64,000 nt of DNA from Vitrella brassicaformis CCMP3155 (lineage: Eukaryota; Protista; Chromerida). The DNA is taken from NCBI GenBank assembly GCA_001179505.1, contig CDMY01000396.1, positions 1-64,000 of the forward strand, written 5' to 3'. Below, piece by piece: positions 38,946-50,271 of this stretch. The position numbers were made by a program, and so were the translations under genes. Under the pieces are notes generated by a model that was not told the DNA's origin, searched no databases, and worked only from the letters and a program-made list of their open reading frames with translations. Each line of letters opens with the position of its first letter. Position 1 is the stretch's first letter.

Positions 38946-41845
38946 ATGAGCAGCACATCGGCATCAGCTGCTGCAAGTGGGCTGACCTACTGGCTTAAGA
39001 GAGAGGGAGGGGAGGATCCACTTATGTGGTGTGGTGTTCGTTGGTCAGGCCGCGAACATATTGGAGTCGGCAATCGCAGCGGTGCTCTCGTAGACCAGTC
39101 GATGAGTGCGGCAGGCAGCACGTCTGTCGCCGGCAGCCTGCTCAACGCCCTCAGGAACCTCTGTGTGCTGCAGTCGCGGGTATGCAGAACAGAACAGAGA
39201 AGAGCCACAGCTACATCATCCCTATCCGTCGCGCGCACGTGTGCGCGCGTGTGTGTGTGATCAGGGTCAAGCGGTTCTCGAATCGCTTTATGCAGTAAGG
39301 CACACAGGCAGCTGGCTGGCCCTATGTGGCTCATTCTGGTGTGACGTGTGTCATTCACAGGGGTCGCCCATTAGCGCGGAGATGGCCAGCGGAGCCCTCT
39401 CGGATCTCGCATCTCACACAGAAGGCTGCGGCTCGGCCATCGCACGGCTGGATAGCCTAGTGCAGGTCGGAATGATGCCGATAGCCTCTCTGTGTGTATG
39501 CCTTCTCTCTCTGCATATAATGCTCTGTGTGTGTTCTTGTTTTCGGTTCAGGGCAGCAGTGGTGCGCGGGAGACGACTGAGGAGGCCTCCGACGCTGCAC
39601 ATGAGGGGGTACGTCTGTTTCGCTCTAATACTGACATGACGGCCTGTGAATTGCGTGGTGTAGTTTCTGTCGTGCCCCAAGGGGGACTTGGCCGGCAAGA
39701 AACTCCACAACACCGGGGGCCAAAAGGTCAGTCAGGGAGGGAGGGGCCACCTGTGCTGTGTACAGGTGTTTGGGCGGTGTCTTGTGCCTTGGTGTGTGCA
39801 GTCTAGCAAGAAGAGCGGCAAGACCTCGTCCAAGCCATCGTCAGCCAAATCGGTAGGTAAACCACACTAAACCACACTCACGCACCGCACCAAACGCAGA
39901 TCTGATCTCCACTCCACTCATACGACCCTCCTGTCGTATGCTTGCCGTCTTCTCTCTCCAAATCAGGAGGGCGGCAGTGGTGTCAAGCGTCCGCCCGGCA
40001 AGTTCATCCTGTTTTGCAACGAGCGCCGCGCGGCCCTGAAGCAGGAGATGGAGGCCGAGGGCGTCGATGCCGCACCCAAGGGCGTCAACAAACGGCTCGG
40101 GGAGGAGTGGAACACCATGGACGAAGACGAAAAGAAGGTCAACTCGGACGGGGAGAGACGTTCACATGGATGGACGCTCAGCTCACATGGTGCACCGCAC
40201 CGTGTCCTGTGTATGTGTTGTGGCTGTCAGCCGTACAAGGACAAGGCTGAGGAGCTGCTCGCTGCCTGGAAGCAGAGTCAGTGAGCCGACAGACCGTCCG
40301 ACAACGCACAACCACACACATGTGTCCATTTGTGTGTGTCGTGTCGTGTCATGTTTGTCAGGCACTGGCGGCGATTCCTCGTCCAAGAAGGGCAAGAAGG
40401 GCAAGGGCGACGAAGACGATGAGGACGAGGGGGAGGAAGACGAAAACGTAACACAACAAACACGACCACCCCATCGGCTATTCGTCTGTGTGTCCATGGA
40501 TGTCGCTATCAGGAAGCCGTGCAGGGCCAGGGTGGTGCGAAGCGTTGCCGAGTCGATGGCCTTCCCGAGTCGTCTGGTGCTGCCCAGCCCGTCTTCCTGC
40601 CTGGGCTGTCCCTGCCCACCGACGTCATGCGCGACGTATTCCTACCTCTCATCACCCCCAACGACTCCACTGCCCTCTGCCGCACATCCGAGGCGGTCAG
40701 CAGCGCACTCGAGGCCGGCGTGGCCGCCGACATCGACAGCATCATCCGACACGACGGCCTCACCGGCGTCATCGGCTACCGCCAGGTGCGCCAGTCGACC
40801 GGCGTCCGTCGTCTGGTGCGCCGACTGCGACTGATCCGCCTCCACTACCTGATGGTGGCGGGGGGCGACTGGCGCGGCAGCGTGCCGCTGCTGCGGCTGG
40901 CCAAGAGCTGCGGACGGGTGAAGCAGCTGCCCATCGAGCTGACGAAGAACGACCTGCAGCACGTGGGCAGCAAGGCCGTCATCGACAGCCGGCCGCCCAG
41001 CATGAGGCAATACGCCCTCTTCAGCCACCGACTGAGCCAGAGGATGCGGCTGACGCGTGATGCCGGCGGGGGGGACGAGATGGGCGGGGATGAGGTGACG
41101 GTGTACACCGACCAGACGGTGCCGGCCAGATATCGAGATCGATTCGATCCAGACGATCCTGTGTGCGAATGTAAGAGAGGGAGGGCAAAGCCCACAAGAA
41201 AGGCAACTCGACCTAGATGGTCTTCTCCCTCCCTGTTTCCGTGTCTGCAGACGGTGGTGTCGTGTACGATGGCTTCAGAGGAATGATCATCAAGAGGTGC
41301 GATGCGGCACCGCTCAAAGTGGAAGGCACACACAAGACGGCAACCTGCTGTTTGCTCTTGCCTTCCCAGCATGGCCTTCGGGTCATCGCGTTTGGTGTCA
41401 AACCGCTTCTACAACGGGCGTCCGCCCTCTGCTGAGTGTCACCGCATCAATGTCCTGCTCGACCAGCAGCCGCCCCTGTGGGACTGTCGCACCATCGGCT
41501 ACCACCTCCACACACCCCGCCGATTCGTCATACTCTGTGGCGACGAGGAGGGCGATGACTTCCTGGCCTTCATCGAGATGACCAAGTACACAGGACACAT
41601 GTACCCTGATGGGGCGGCAGACATGTACCTGTACACCACCGAGGCGCCCCAGAGCGGCGTAGGCGCTGCTGGCTCCCCCCTGACAGTGTCCATCGCGCGC
41701 AACAAGATGGGCGACGACATCAGAGCCCTCCCAGACGTCGACGAGGCCTCCAATACAGGTACACGCGACTGCAAAGTGAGACCCACACAGGGGCAAGACT
41801 TTCTCTTCATGTGTGTGCACAGCTGTCGCGGCGGTGTTAGTGTAG
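38946..41845 (+). CDS. HMG-box fused to an F-box-like motif and a lineage-specific domain (tandem paralogue 1)
   Basis: HMG-box: VKRPPGKFILFCNERRAALKQE...VNKRLGEEWNTMDEDEKK|PYKDKAEELLAAW. A phase-0 intron (40448-40512) joins it in frame to EAVQGQ...LSLPTDVMRDVFLPLITPNDSTALCRTS...SRPPSMRQYALFSHRL. Confidence 0.8.
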
Positions 41846-42738
41846 CTGATGTGGAGTGACGTACACATCTGACGGGTGGACGACTCTGAGATGAGCATGT
41901 GACCTGGCAATGGGCGTGGCGTGGCTGGTGGGGGGATGCAATGGATGCTTCTGTAGCCGTCCACTTTTTCTATGCGTGTTTTTTCTCACACAAATCCAAT
42001 CCCTACACGCGATCATCAATGCATGGATCCCGAGCCGTTCTTCAGCATGTATGGCATGTATCCACCGCATCCAGTTTTGTGTACACACACTGGTTGTCGT
42101 CGGATTCATATTCGTGCAGGCCAGGCGGTGCGTGGTGAACTCCTTGATCTGACTGACGGGCTGGTTGAGTGCTTTACCATTCAGATGTCATGTGGTCACA
42201 TGCCTGCCAGTCATATGGATCAGGAGTCACATGCGCAGTAGCATCACGCAAACTATACAGACAGACACGCACACACACACGCATCAACCAGACAGGCAGC
42301 CAGGCGCATGTTTGTCATCCATCAGACATACACAAACCCTCACTGCACCAACCCACTCACACAATCACGTCAGCGGCATGGTTTCGATCTCGCGCGCTGA
42401 AAGGAGGAGTTCGGCAGTTGTTGGTTTTTGCGCGCGTCCAGACGAAACCATCAGCTCAGAGGGCTCCCTCTGTCCCGCACGACAGAGATCTCATCGCATT
42501 CTCTGCCGTGTTCGCAATTGCGTGTTCGTCGTGAGCCCTCCCGTCTGGCGGAGTGCTGCGCGGCGCTGTGATTGATTGGCTTATCGACTCATCGTTTGAC
42601 TGATTTGCTCGTCGACAGTCGCTGTTCTCTCGCCGGTGAGCACATGCGCGTGGGAGCGACGCACTCACTGCGCCATTGTGCGTGTGCGGTGGTCTTCAGG
42701 CGTTGTGTGGGCTGCCGTGAGGCCAGTGGGCGGCAGCT

Positions 42739-45008
42739 ATGAGCAGCACATCGGCATCAGCTGCTGCTGCAGGTGGGCTGACTGGTTGGAAGAGGGAGAA
42801 AAGGGTTAGTTGTGTGGTGTGGTGTTTGTGTCGGTCAGGTAGTGTCTTCTATAGCAGTGGCAGTAGTTCGATCGGCACACAAGGAGATGAGCAGTCGGTA
42901 AGCCAAGATGCGGCCACACAAACAGGCAGAGACCGTCATGCATTCGTCTGTTTCTCATGACAACGTCGCGTGTGCTGTGCAGAAGTCGTCTGATCCCGTG
43001 GCGCGTCTGGTGAAGTTACACCACCAGGTAGGTAGGTGGCTTGGCTCCAGACACAGACGAGAGGACATGTGGGCAGACAGGGAGATGGATGGCGGGTGTG
43101 ACATGTCGTGTGTGTTGTGCGTGCAGGCAATGGGGATCTCTCTGACCACTCATCCAACACAGTCGCCTCGCAGACAGAGATGGTGGCACAGGTACGATGC
43201 CACGTATGCCGTGTGTGTGTGTGGATATCTTCCTTCGTGACGTATTGCTGCTTTTGCTTCAGGGCCCTGGCAGCCGATTTGCCAACAAGGCCGTCACTGA
43301 TGAGACCACTAAGGCCACAAAGACACAGAAGAAGGTACGACAGCTGCTGCACCGTGCTGCTGACATCATTACGGCCAACGTATGCTGTGCTGCGCGTGTC
43401 AGGTTGACGCCATGGGGCTCTTGCGGCAGCTATACGCCCTGCCCGAGGCCCTCATGCACGGCACACTCCTCCCCCTCATGGACCAGCAGCACCTGCACAC
43501 CGCACTCGCCAAGGTCAGCAGTGCCCTCTGCTGCACCTCACCGGCAGTCGGCAGCGCCGTCGCGGCCGCCCTCATCCCCCAAATCGACAGCATCATCGAA
43601 CGCGACGGCCTCACAGGCGTCATCGGCTACACCCAGATCCGTTGGCACCTGCAGCGGCAGCCGGGTCGGGCGATGGACGTGTGTCGTCCATTCCGGCTGA
43701 TCCGCCTCCACTATGTGGTGGTGACAGGGGGCGACTGGCGGGGCAACGTGCCGCTGCTGCGGCTGGCCAAGAGCTGCGGGCAGATCCAGTCGCTGCCGAT
43801 TCAGCTGACGAAGCACGACCTGCACCGTGTGGGCAGCAAGGCCGTCATCGACAGCCGGCCGCCCAGCATCCGCCAGTACAGCCTCTTCAGCCACCGACTG
43901 GGCGAGGGGATGCGGCTGACGCGCAACGCCAACGGGCGGGAGATGCTGGGTGGGTATGAGGTGACGGTGCACACCGACCAGACGGTGCCGAGGAGGTATC
44001 GAAATCGCTTCGATGCGGCCGATCCCCCGTGCCGATGTGAGAGAGGGGAGGGGAAAGCACCACAGGAAAGGCAACTTGACATGGATGGTGTCTGCCGCTG
44101 TGTCTGTGTGTCTGCAGACAATGGTCTCGAGCTCAGCAGCTTCAGAGGACTGGTCATCAGGAGGTACGCAGCGACTGAAATGAGAGAAGAAACAGTACAG
44201 CAAGGTGTCGTGTTGTCTGTCTTTCCGCTCCTTGCTCTTTCAGGTTGACAGAGTGGTCGTTGCGTTGTGTGTCGTATCAGAACTGGCATCTGCCCTCTGC
44301 TGAGTGTCGTGACATCGGTGCCCTGGTCGACCAGCAGTCGCCCCTGTGGGACGGCTGCCGCACCATCGACTACAGCACCATCGGCGGCTCATACCGACTC
44401 GTCATACTGTGTGGCGAGGAGGAGGGCGACAAGCGGCGTACATCGAGATGGCCAAGGGGTCTTATCGGCCGGCATCCATCTCCCTCTTCACTACCGAGGC
44501 GCCCCAGCAGGCCGGCGATGGCCCTGCTGCCTCCACGCAGGCAGTGGGCATCGCCCGCAACAAGATGGGCGACGCCATCACTCTACTCCCACAGGTCAAC
44601 GAGGCCATCAACACAGGTACACACGAATGAAAAGGGGCGGGGGACGCAGCCACGCACACACATTTCATGGAGTGCGCCTTCGTGTCGCTCTGATGTTCAG
44701 GTGTGTTTGCGTGTTCGGCCACAGAGCGGCGACCGACCTTCCAGATCTTCTACAGAAGCATCCCAGGTCAGACACATAGACTCTCACGAACCAGTCTCCA
44801 CATTGTGACTATTTTACATGCAGGCAGGACCGGAGTACTGGACGTCCACCCCAGCGACACCATCAGGACTGTCAAGGCCAAGATTCAGGCCAAGGAGGGC
44901 ATCCGCATCAGCTGGCAGCGACTCAATTATGGTGGCAAGCCGCTCGAGGACGGCCGCACCCTGTCGGACTACAACATCCAGAAGGAGAGCACACTGTTCC
45001 TGCTGTAG
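42739..45008 (+). CDS. Tandem paralogue 2: F-box-like + lineage-specific domain + C-terminal ubiquitin-like domain
   Basis: Same first exon ([10 protein letters not shown]) and core domain ([16 protein letters not shown]...[16 protein letters not shown]) as paralogue 1. Ends FQIFYRSIP|[27 protein letters not shown]...[30 protein letters not shown]. Confidence 0.8.
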
Positions 45009-45799
45009 CCTGGGGGGCGGCATGCAGATCTTCGTCTAGACACTCTCTCACTGGTGGGTCAGGCAACACACACGACCTCACCAGCGGGACTCTGCAAACG
45101 TGTGACTTAGTCGGCGTGGTGGGCGTGGCACGCATCGATCGAGAGAGACAGGGATGGATAGATGAGTAGATGCGTGTGTGTGTGTGTAGGTATGCGCATT
45201 GGACCGACCTTGGCTCCCTCCGTTGAATGTTCATTCGAGGTGTGTGTGATGTATGTATACGCAGCATCGCTTTTCAACACTTCTTGTCTTTGCATGTGTG
45301 TACTTGACGGATTCAATCCGTGTGTTGGTCGGTCACATCATCCTTCACCCTTTACAGACCCCAGACACGCCAACTAGACAGACAGACAGACAGATCAACC
45401 AGCCAGACAACCAGGCGCATGTTTGTCATCCGTCATTCACACACACACATGCACACACCCTCACCACACCAATGAAAACTATGAAATGACACTAACTGGT
45501 GTGGGGGGACGGTATGGATGGTAATGCGTGAATCCATCTGTCTGTTTGACTGTTCCGCGTCGATAGAGTACACCAGACCAGATACATGGGCGGTGGAAAA
45601 TCACTCACTAACCGAATGCACCGCACCAATCGGCCGCTCCTCTCCCATCTCCCACCTGCCGTAACTAGCGTACACGCCGATACAGTGAGTGCACTGCCCG
45701 GACACGCAATACGATACACTGCAGCAGAAATACAACACACAACTCCCCCAACCCCCACATGAGGGAAAAACCCTCCCTCCCTCTCTCCCCTCTGTCATG

Positions 45800-47097
45800 T
45801 CAGCTCTTCTTGTACGCCTGCATGAGGTCGTCAGCGATAGAGTAGGCAATCATGGCCGCCAGCGCCAGCATCAGCCCCACCGTGGCCCAGAAGGGCCGCC
45901 GCTCGATACACGAGCACCCCCACACACTTAATGCGCTCATGCCAGTCCACATACTGCCGCAGCAGCTGCTCCAGCCGCTCCGCTTCAGACGCCGAGTGCA
46001 GCGTCGACGCGTGTGAGCGGGGCGACTCCTCTTCCCCAGCCGCTTCATGCTCGTCTTTTGCCGGCGACGTGTCGTCGGGTAGGTAGGGCGCCAGTTTGTG
46101 CCTCATCCGCCGCTTGCTGCCTTGGTGCCGCTCCTCCCTGCCACCCTCCTCAGCGCCGTTCATCTCAGCTGGTGGCCGACGACACGCGGGAGTTTTCCTG
46201 GGTGTCGTCCGCGACCGTCACGGCGTCGGACTGCCTGCCCGCATCGTTGTGGCAGCCGCACCCGAGCCGCCCTCCTCGTGTGCGTGTGGGAGTGGCTGTG
46301 TCCTGGTCTTGCGGGCGATAGCCAGCAGATACACCACAGCGGGCAGGAAGTAGTTGGCCAACACACCTGCCGTGATAGAACTGCACACACAGAGAGAAAG
46401 AGAGACACACACACACTGCCGAAGAGCCGCCGATTGGACAGGGCCCACGCGACCAGCCAGGGGGCACAGCAGCCGCAGAAGAACGCCCCCTGCTGACCGC
46501 ACAGACCACTGTTATAGAGGTTGTAACGACTCGCAATGGCCATGACAGGAATGCCGGGCAGCACGGTGGTGAACGAAAACGTGAGCATCCCCGTCGACGG
46601 CTCGTTGGTCATGTACACGAACGCGTTGCTGCTGTTGAGAGCGGGGTACGCCACACACCACCAAGGCGAAGCTGAAGTAGAGAAACGCGGAGAGGATGGC
46701 CGACATCCACACGACGGGCATGACTCGAGTGGACGGGAGGACCTCGTTGCACCAGGAGGGGATCAGCACCACGTAGGAGTAGGAGGCGACCATGATGCCG
46801 AAGACGGCGCCGTAGCCAGTGTCGCCGACTAGAGGGGGGAAGGTCACTGGGGAGTGGGTGCGCTCCTCCTGCTGGAATGACCGAATGATCGACGAGATGA
46901 TGATCAGGCCGATGGCGCCGAACTGCAGAAAAAACGTGACGATCTGAATGTACATGTTCTCATTCAGACTGACACACACATCGACACCGACACACACTCC
47001 CACAACCGCCGCTCTTTCGCCCGGTGTGCTGTCATTTCTCTCATACTTACACACTTACTTGAGGTAGCTCATGGGCAGGCACAGCAGCGCCGTCAGT
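45800..47097 (-). pseudogene. 3' half of an amino-acid transporter (Aa_trans/AAAP-like), frameshifted
   Basis: LTALLCLPMSYL|NLNENMYIQIVTFFLQFGAIGLII...YGAVFGIMVASYSYVVLIPSWCNEV...LPGIPVMAIASRYNLY...LANYFLPAVVY. There is one extra base at 46655 in a GT run, and the native 5' exons are replaced by the PhyH duplicate. Confidence 0.6.
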
Positions 47098-47148
47098 CTG
47101 TCTATCTCATGCAATGCACGTGACGTGACCTGCTGTTAGCTGACTGAC

Positions 47149-47564
47149 CTGCTCAGGTTTTGGTTGGTGCTCTCGAGCCAATCCCAGACGCCCTCACGGC
47201 ATCTCTCCAGCATCGCTGCGGCCATCACGTCCCCGATGACGCAGTAACCCTCCTGCCTCAAGTAGCCCATTGCCTCACCCATCTGCCGCTCGTCCAGCAC
47301 AGAAAACCGCTTGATTGCCGGACACTCCAGCTCCAATGGACCATTGCCGCCCTCTCCCTCCCCCGCTCCCCAGAAGACCCGCCGCACACAGCGCGAGATG
47401 CCGGTCTCGCACTGCTTCTTCGTGGCCTCGTCGAAGGTGAGGCACTGCCGCAGGAACAGGGGGCCCGCGTGAAGCGCGAGACCGGCCAGATCCCACAGGA
47501 ACACGTTGGGAGGTGAGAGAGAACGACGATGGGCCGCGGTGGGCTGTGGGACGCTCACTTTCAT
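47149..47564 (-). pseudogene. Duplicated exon 1 of the PhyH-like gene, spliceable in frame to the transporter remnant
   Basis: MKVSVPQPTAAHRR...GYLRQEGYCVIGDV...WDWLESTNQNLSR is near-identical to 37546-37980; the remaining PhyH exons are absent. Confidence 0.8.
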
Positions 47565-48090
47565 TGCCTTCACAGCGGGAGGGGGACGAAGGCGGCGTTG
47601 ACAGAGTGGGCGAGCATGTTGATCACCAGGGATAGAACTGCATCTAAGAGCAGCATTGGCGTCGGTGTCGGCAGATCTTCCATCCAAGCACATCAACGAG
47701 TGTCAGCTGCCGTCTGCTGAGCTTTTTAGAGCACGAGTCAGCGTGCGAGCTCAGCTTCCCGGTGCCCCTTTTTGCATTTCGCCATTTTGGCGATGTTTCT
47801 TTGACTGAGTATGCTGATAGCCACGCGGGGCAGCGCCTCCCGTGACAAAATCGCAAACGAATTTCCCAGGTTCGAGAAAAAGAGGAATTCGATCCTCACT
47901 CGATCACCCCGTTTCTCGCGAAAGTGGCACATTCGTTTAGCGATTTTGTCGCATAGGTCGCTTCCCTTTGATGAGCTCTCAACGTCTGACGAAGGAAAAA
48001 GCAGGGAATATTTTGCGAGCTGAGGGCTGAGCTTGCAATTATGCGAGCCCGGGTCTGAGCTCGCCATGGCAAAAAGGGCAAAGAAAGGGA

Positions 48091-48858
48091 ATGAGTCGTC
48101 ACAACGTGTCCCGCAAGAATGCGCGGGCTGCCGCTGAGCGATATCTGGATCGGCAAAATGTGGATGGGTCACGCCCAAGCCACCCTCTCTACGCGCCAGG
48201 GGCTTCGGCAGAGCATCCCCATCCCCCTTCGTCCACGGCGGACGATGCTGCTCTCGACTTCCTGACGGACGCGGTGCCGTCGATGCGAGATGACCCGGCC
48301 GCCGTGTACGAGGGCAAGGTCAAGGGGCGAGTGATGCGGCTGGACAACCAGCCCAGCAAGAAGCAGCAGCAGGGAGAGGCCAAGACCAAGCAGAAGCCGC
48401 CACGGCGGCTCACCAAGATGAGCAACAACGAGGCGCGGAGGCGGGGCCTCTACGACTTGCAAGACGGCACACTGAGCTATGCCGACTGCCTCCCCCTGAA
48501 TGAGTTGTGGAGCCAGTACGCCGAGCAGCTGATGCACGAGCGGCTGCCCATCACCGAGAGGGGCAGCCGGCTGGCGGCGGCCGACCTGCATGGCGCATTT
48601 GTGAGAGTGGACAAGGCCAGGGTGCCGAGTTACATCGGTCTTGACGGCATTATCGTGCAGGAGACCGAGCAGACGATTCGGCTGATGTGCCAGGACAGCC
48701 GCCTTCGCACGGTGGTCAAGGGCCAGGTGGTGCTGAGTGTGGTCGTGCTGGGCGTCAAGTACTTTCTGCATGGCCCGCAGCTGGCCTACCGGCCTAGTGT
48801 CCGCTCCAAAGTCAAATTCAAGCCGACCACCAAGGGCCTGGGGCTCGGCTGGCTCTGA
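48091..48858 (+). CDS. POP4: RNase P/MRP subunit POP4/Rpp29, intact and intronless (copy 2)
   Basis: 255 aa: YADCLPLNELWSQYAEQL...LAAADLHGAFVRVDKARVPSYIGLDGIIVQETEQTIRL...KYFLHGPQLAYRPSVRSKVKFK matches the Rpp29 pattern. Confidence 0.92.
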   Translation: MSRHNVSRKNARAAAERYLDRQNVDGSRPSHPLYAPGASAEHPHPPSSTADDAALDFLTDAVPSMRDDPAAVYEGKVKGRVMRLDNQPSKKQQQGEAKTKQKPPRRLTKMSNNEARRRGLYDLQDGTLSYADCLPLNELWSQYAEQLMHERLPITERGSRLAAADLHGAFVRVDKARVPSYIGLDGIIVQETEQTIRLMCQDSRLRTVVKGQVVLSVVVLGVKYFLHGPQLAYRPSVRSKVKFKPTTKGLGLGWL

Positions 48859-49315
48859 ATGAATGGATGGATGAATGAAGGGAGGGAGGGAGGGAGGGAG
48901 GTGTGATATCCTTCGTGTCTACGCTACCGCTATGCTTGGCTGCACTGAAATGTACTGTATAGCTAAGAGATTCTCAAGTGTCTTGCTGGAGTGGAGTGGT
49001 GTATGAAAGAAAGGCGCTGGACACGGCGGAGGTGTGGCGTTCATTCCGTGTGTGTGTGTGTGTGTGTGAACCACGGTTGTGCTTTCCTATCACACCATGA
49101 ATCGATTGGAGTCGAATACCTCACGACACCTACATACATATATCCAGTACAGACAGACAGACAGACACGGACACCGCGTCAAGTACTCTTATTTGTTTTT
49201 TCCTGCATGGATCACGAGCACGGGTGCTTGACCACCAACCAACTGAATGTATGTGTGTGTGTGTGTGTACACACCTACTCGATCTGTGCAGGTATGGATG
49301 CGTATACTGTGTACT

Positions 49316-49615
49316 NNNNNNNNNNNNNNNNNNNNNNNNNNNNNNNNNNNNNNNNNNNNNNNNNNNNNNNNNNNNNNNNNNNNNNNNNNNNNNNNNNNNN
49401 NNNNNNNNNNNNNNNNNNNNNNNNNNNNNNNNNNNNNNNNNNNNNNNNNNNNNNNNNNNNNNNNNNNNNNNNNNNNNNNNNNNNNNNNNNNNNNNNNNNN
49501 NNNNNNNNNNNNNNNNNNNNNNNNNNNNNNNNNNNNNNNNNNNNNNNNNNNNNNNNNNNNNNNNNNNNNNNNNNNNNNNNNNNNNNNNNNNNNNNNNNNN
49601 NNNNNNNNNNNNNNN
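49316..49615. other. Assembly gap (300 N)
   Basis: N run between two tandem units of about 1.1 kb (48203-49315 and 49616-about 50728). Confidence 0.99.
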
Positions 49616-50271
49616 CTTCGGCAGAGCATCCCCATCCCCCTTCGTCCACGGCGGACGATGCTGCTCTCGACTTCCTGACGGACGCGGTGCCGTCGATGCG
49701 AGATGACCCGGCCGCCGTGTACGAGGGCAAGGTCAAGGGGCGAGTGATGCGGCTGGACAACCAGCCCAGCAAGAAGCAGCAGCAGGGAGAGCCCAAGGCC
49801 AAGCAGAAGCCACCACGGCGGCTCACCAAGATGAGCAACAACGAGGCCAGGAGACGGGGCCTCTACGACTTGCAAGACGGCACACTGAGTTATGCCGACT
49901 GCCTCCCCCTGAATGAGTTGTGGAGCCAGTACGCCGAGCAGCTGATGCACGAGCGGCTGCCCATCACCGAGAGGGGCAGCCGGCTGGCGGCGGCCGACCT
50001 GCATGGCGCATTTGTGAGAGTGGACAAGGCCAGGGTGCCGAGTTACATCGGTCTTGACGGCATTATCGTGCAGGAGACCGAGCAGACGATTCGGCTGATG
50101 TGCCAGGACAGCCGCCTTCGCACGGTGGTCAAGGGCCAGGTGGTGCTGAGTGTGGTCGTGCTGGGCGTCAAGTACTTTCTGCATGGCCCGCAGCTGGCCT
50201 ACCGGCCTAGTGTCCGCTCCAAAGTCAAATTCAAGCCGACCACCAAGGGCCTGGGGCTCGGCTGGCTCTGA
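49616..50271 (+). CDS. POP4: POP4/Rpp29 copy 3 (5' end lost in the gap)
   Basis: Open frame to GLGLGWL*. The 3' flank is identical to copy 2, but internal variants (EPKAKQ) match copy 1. Confidence 0.7.
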
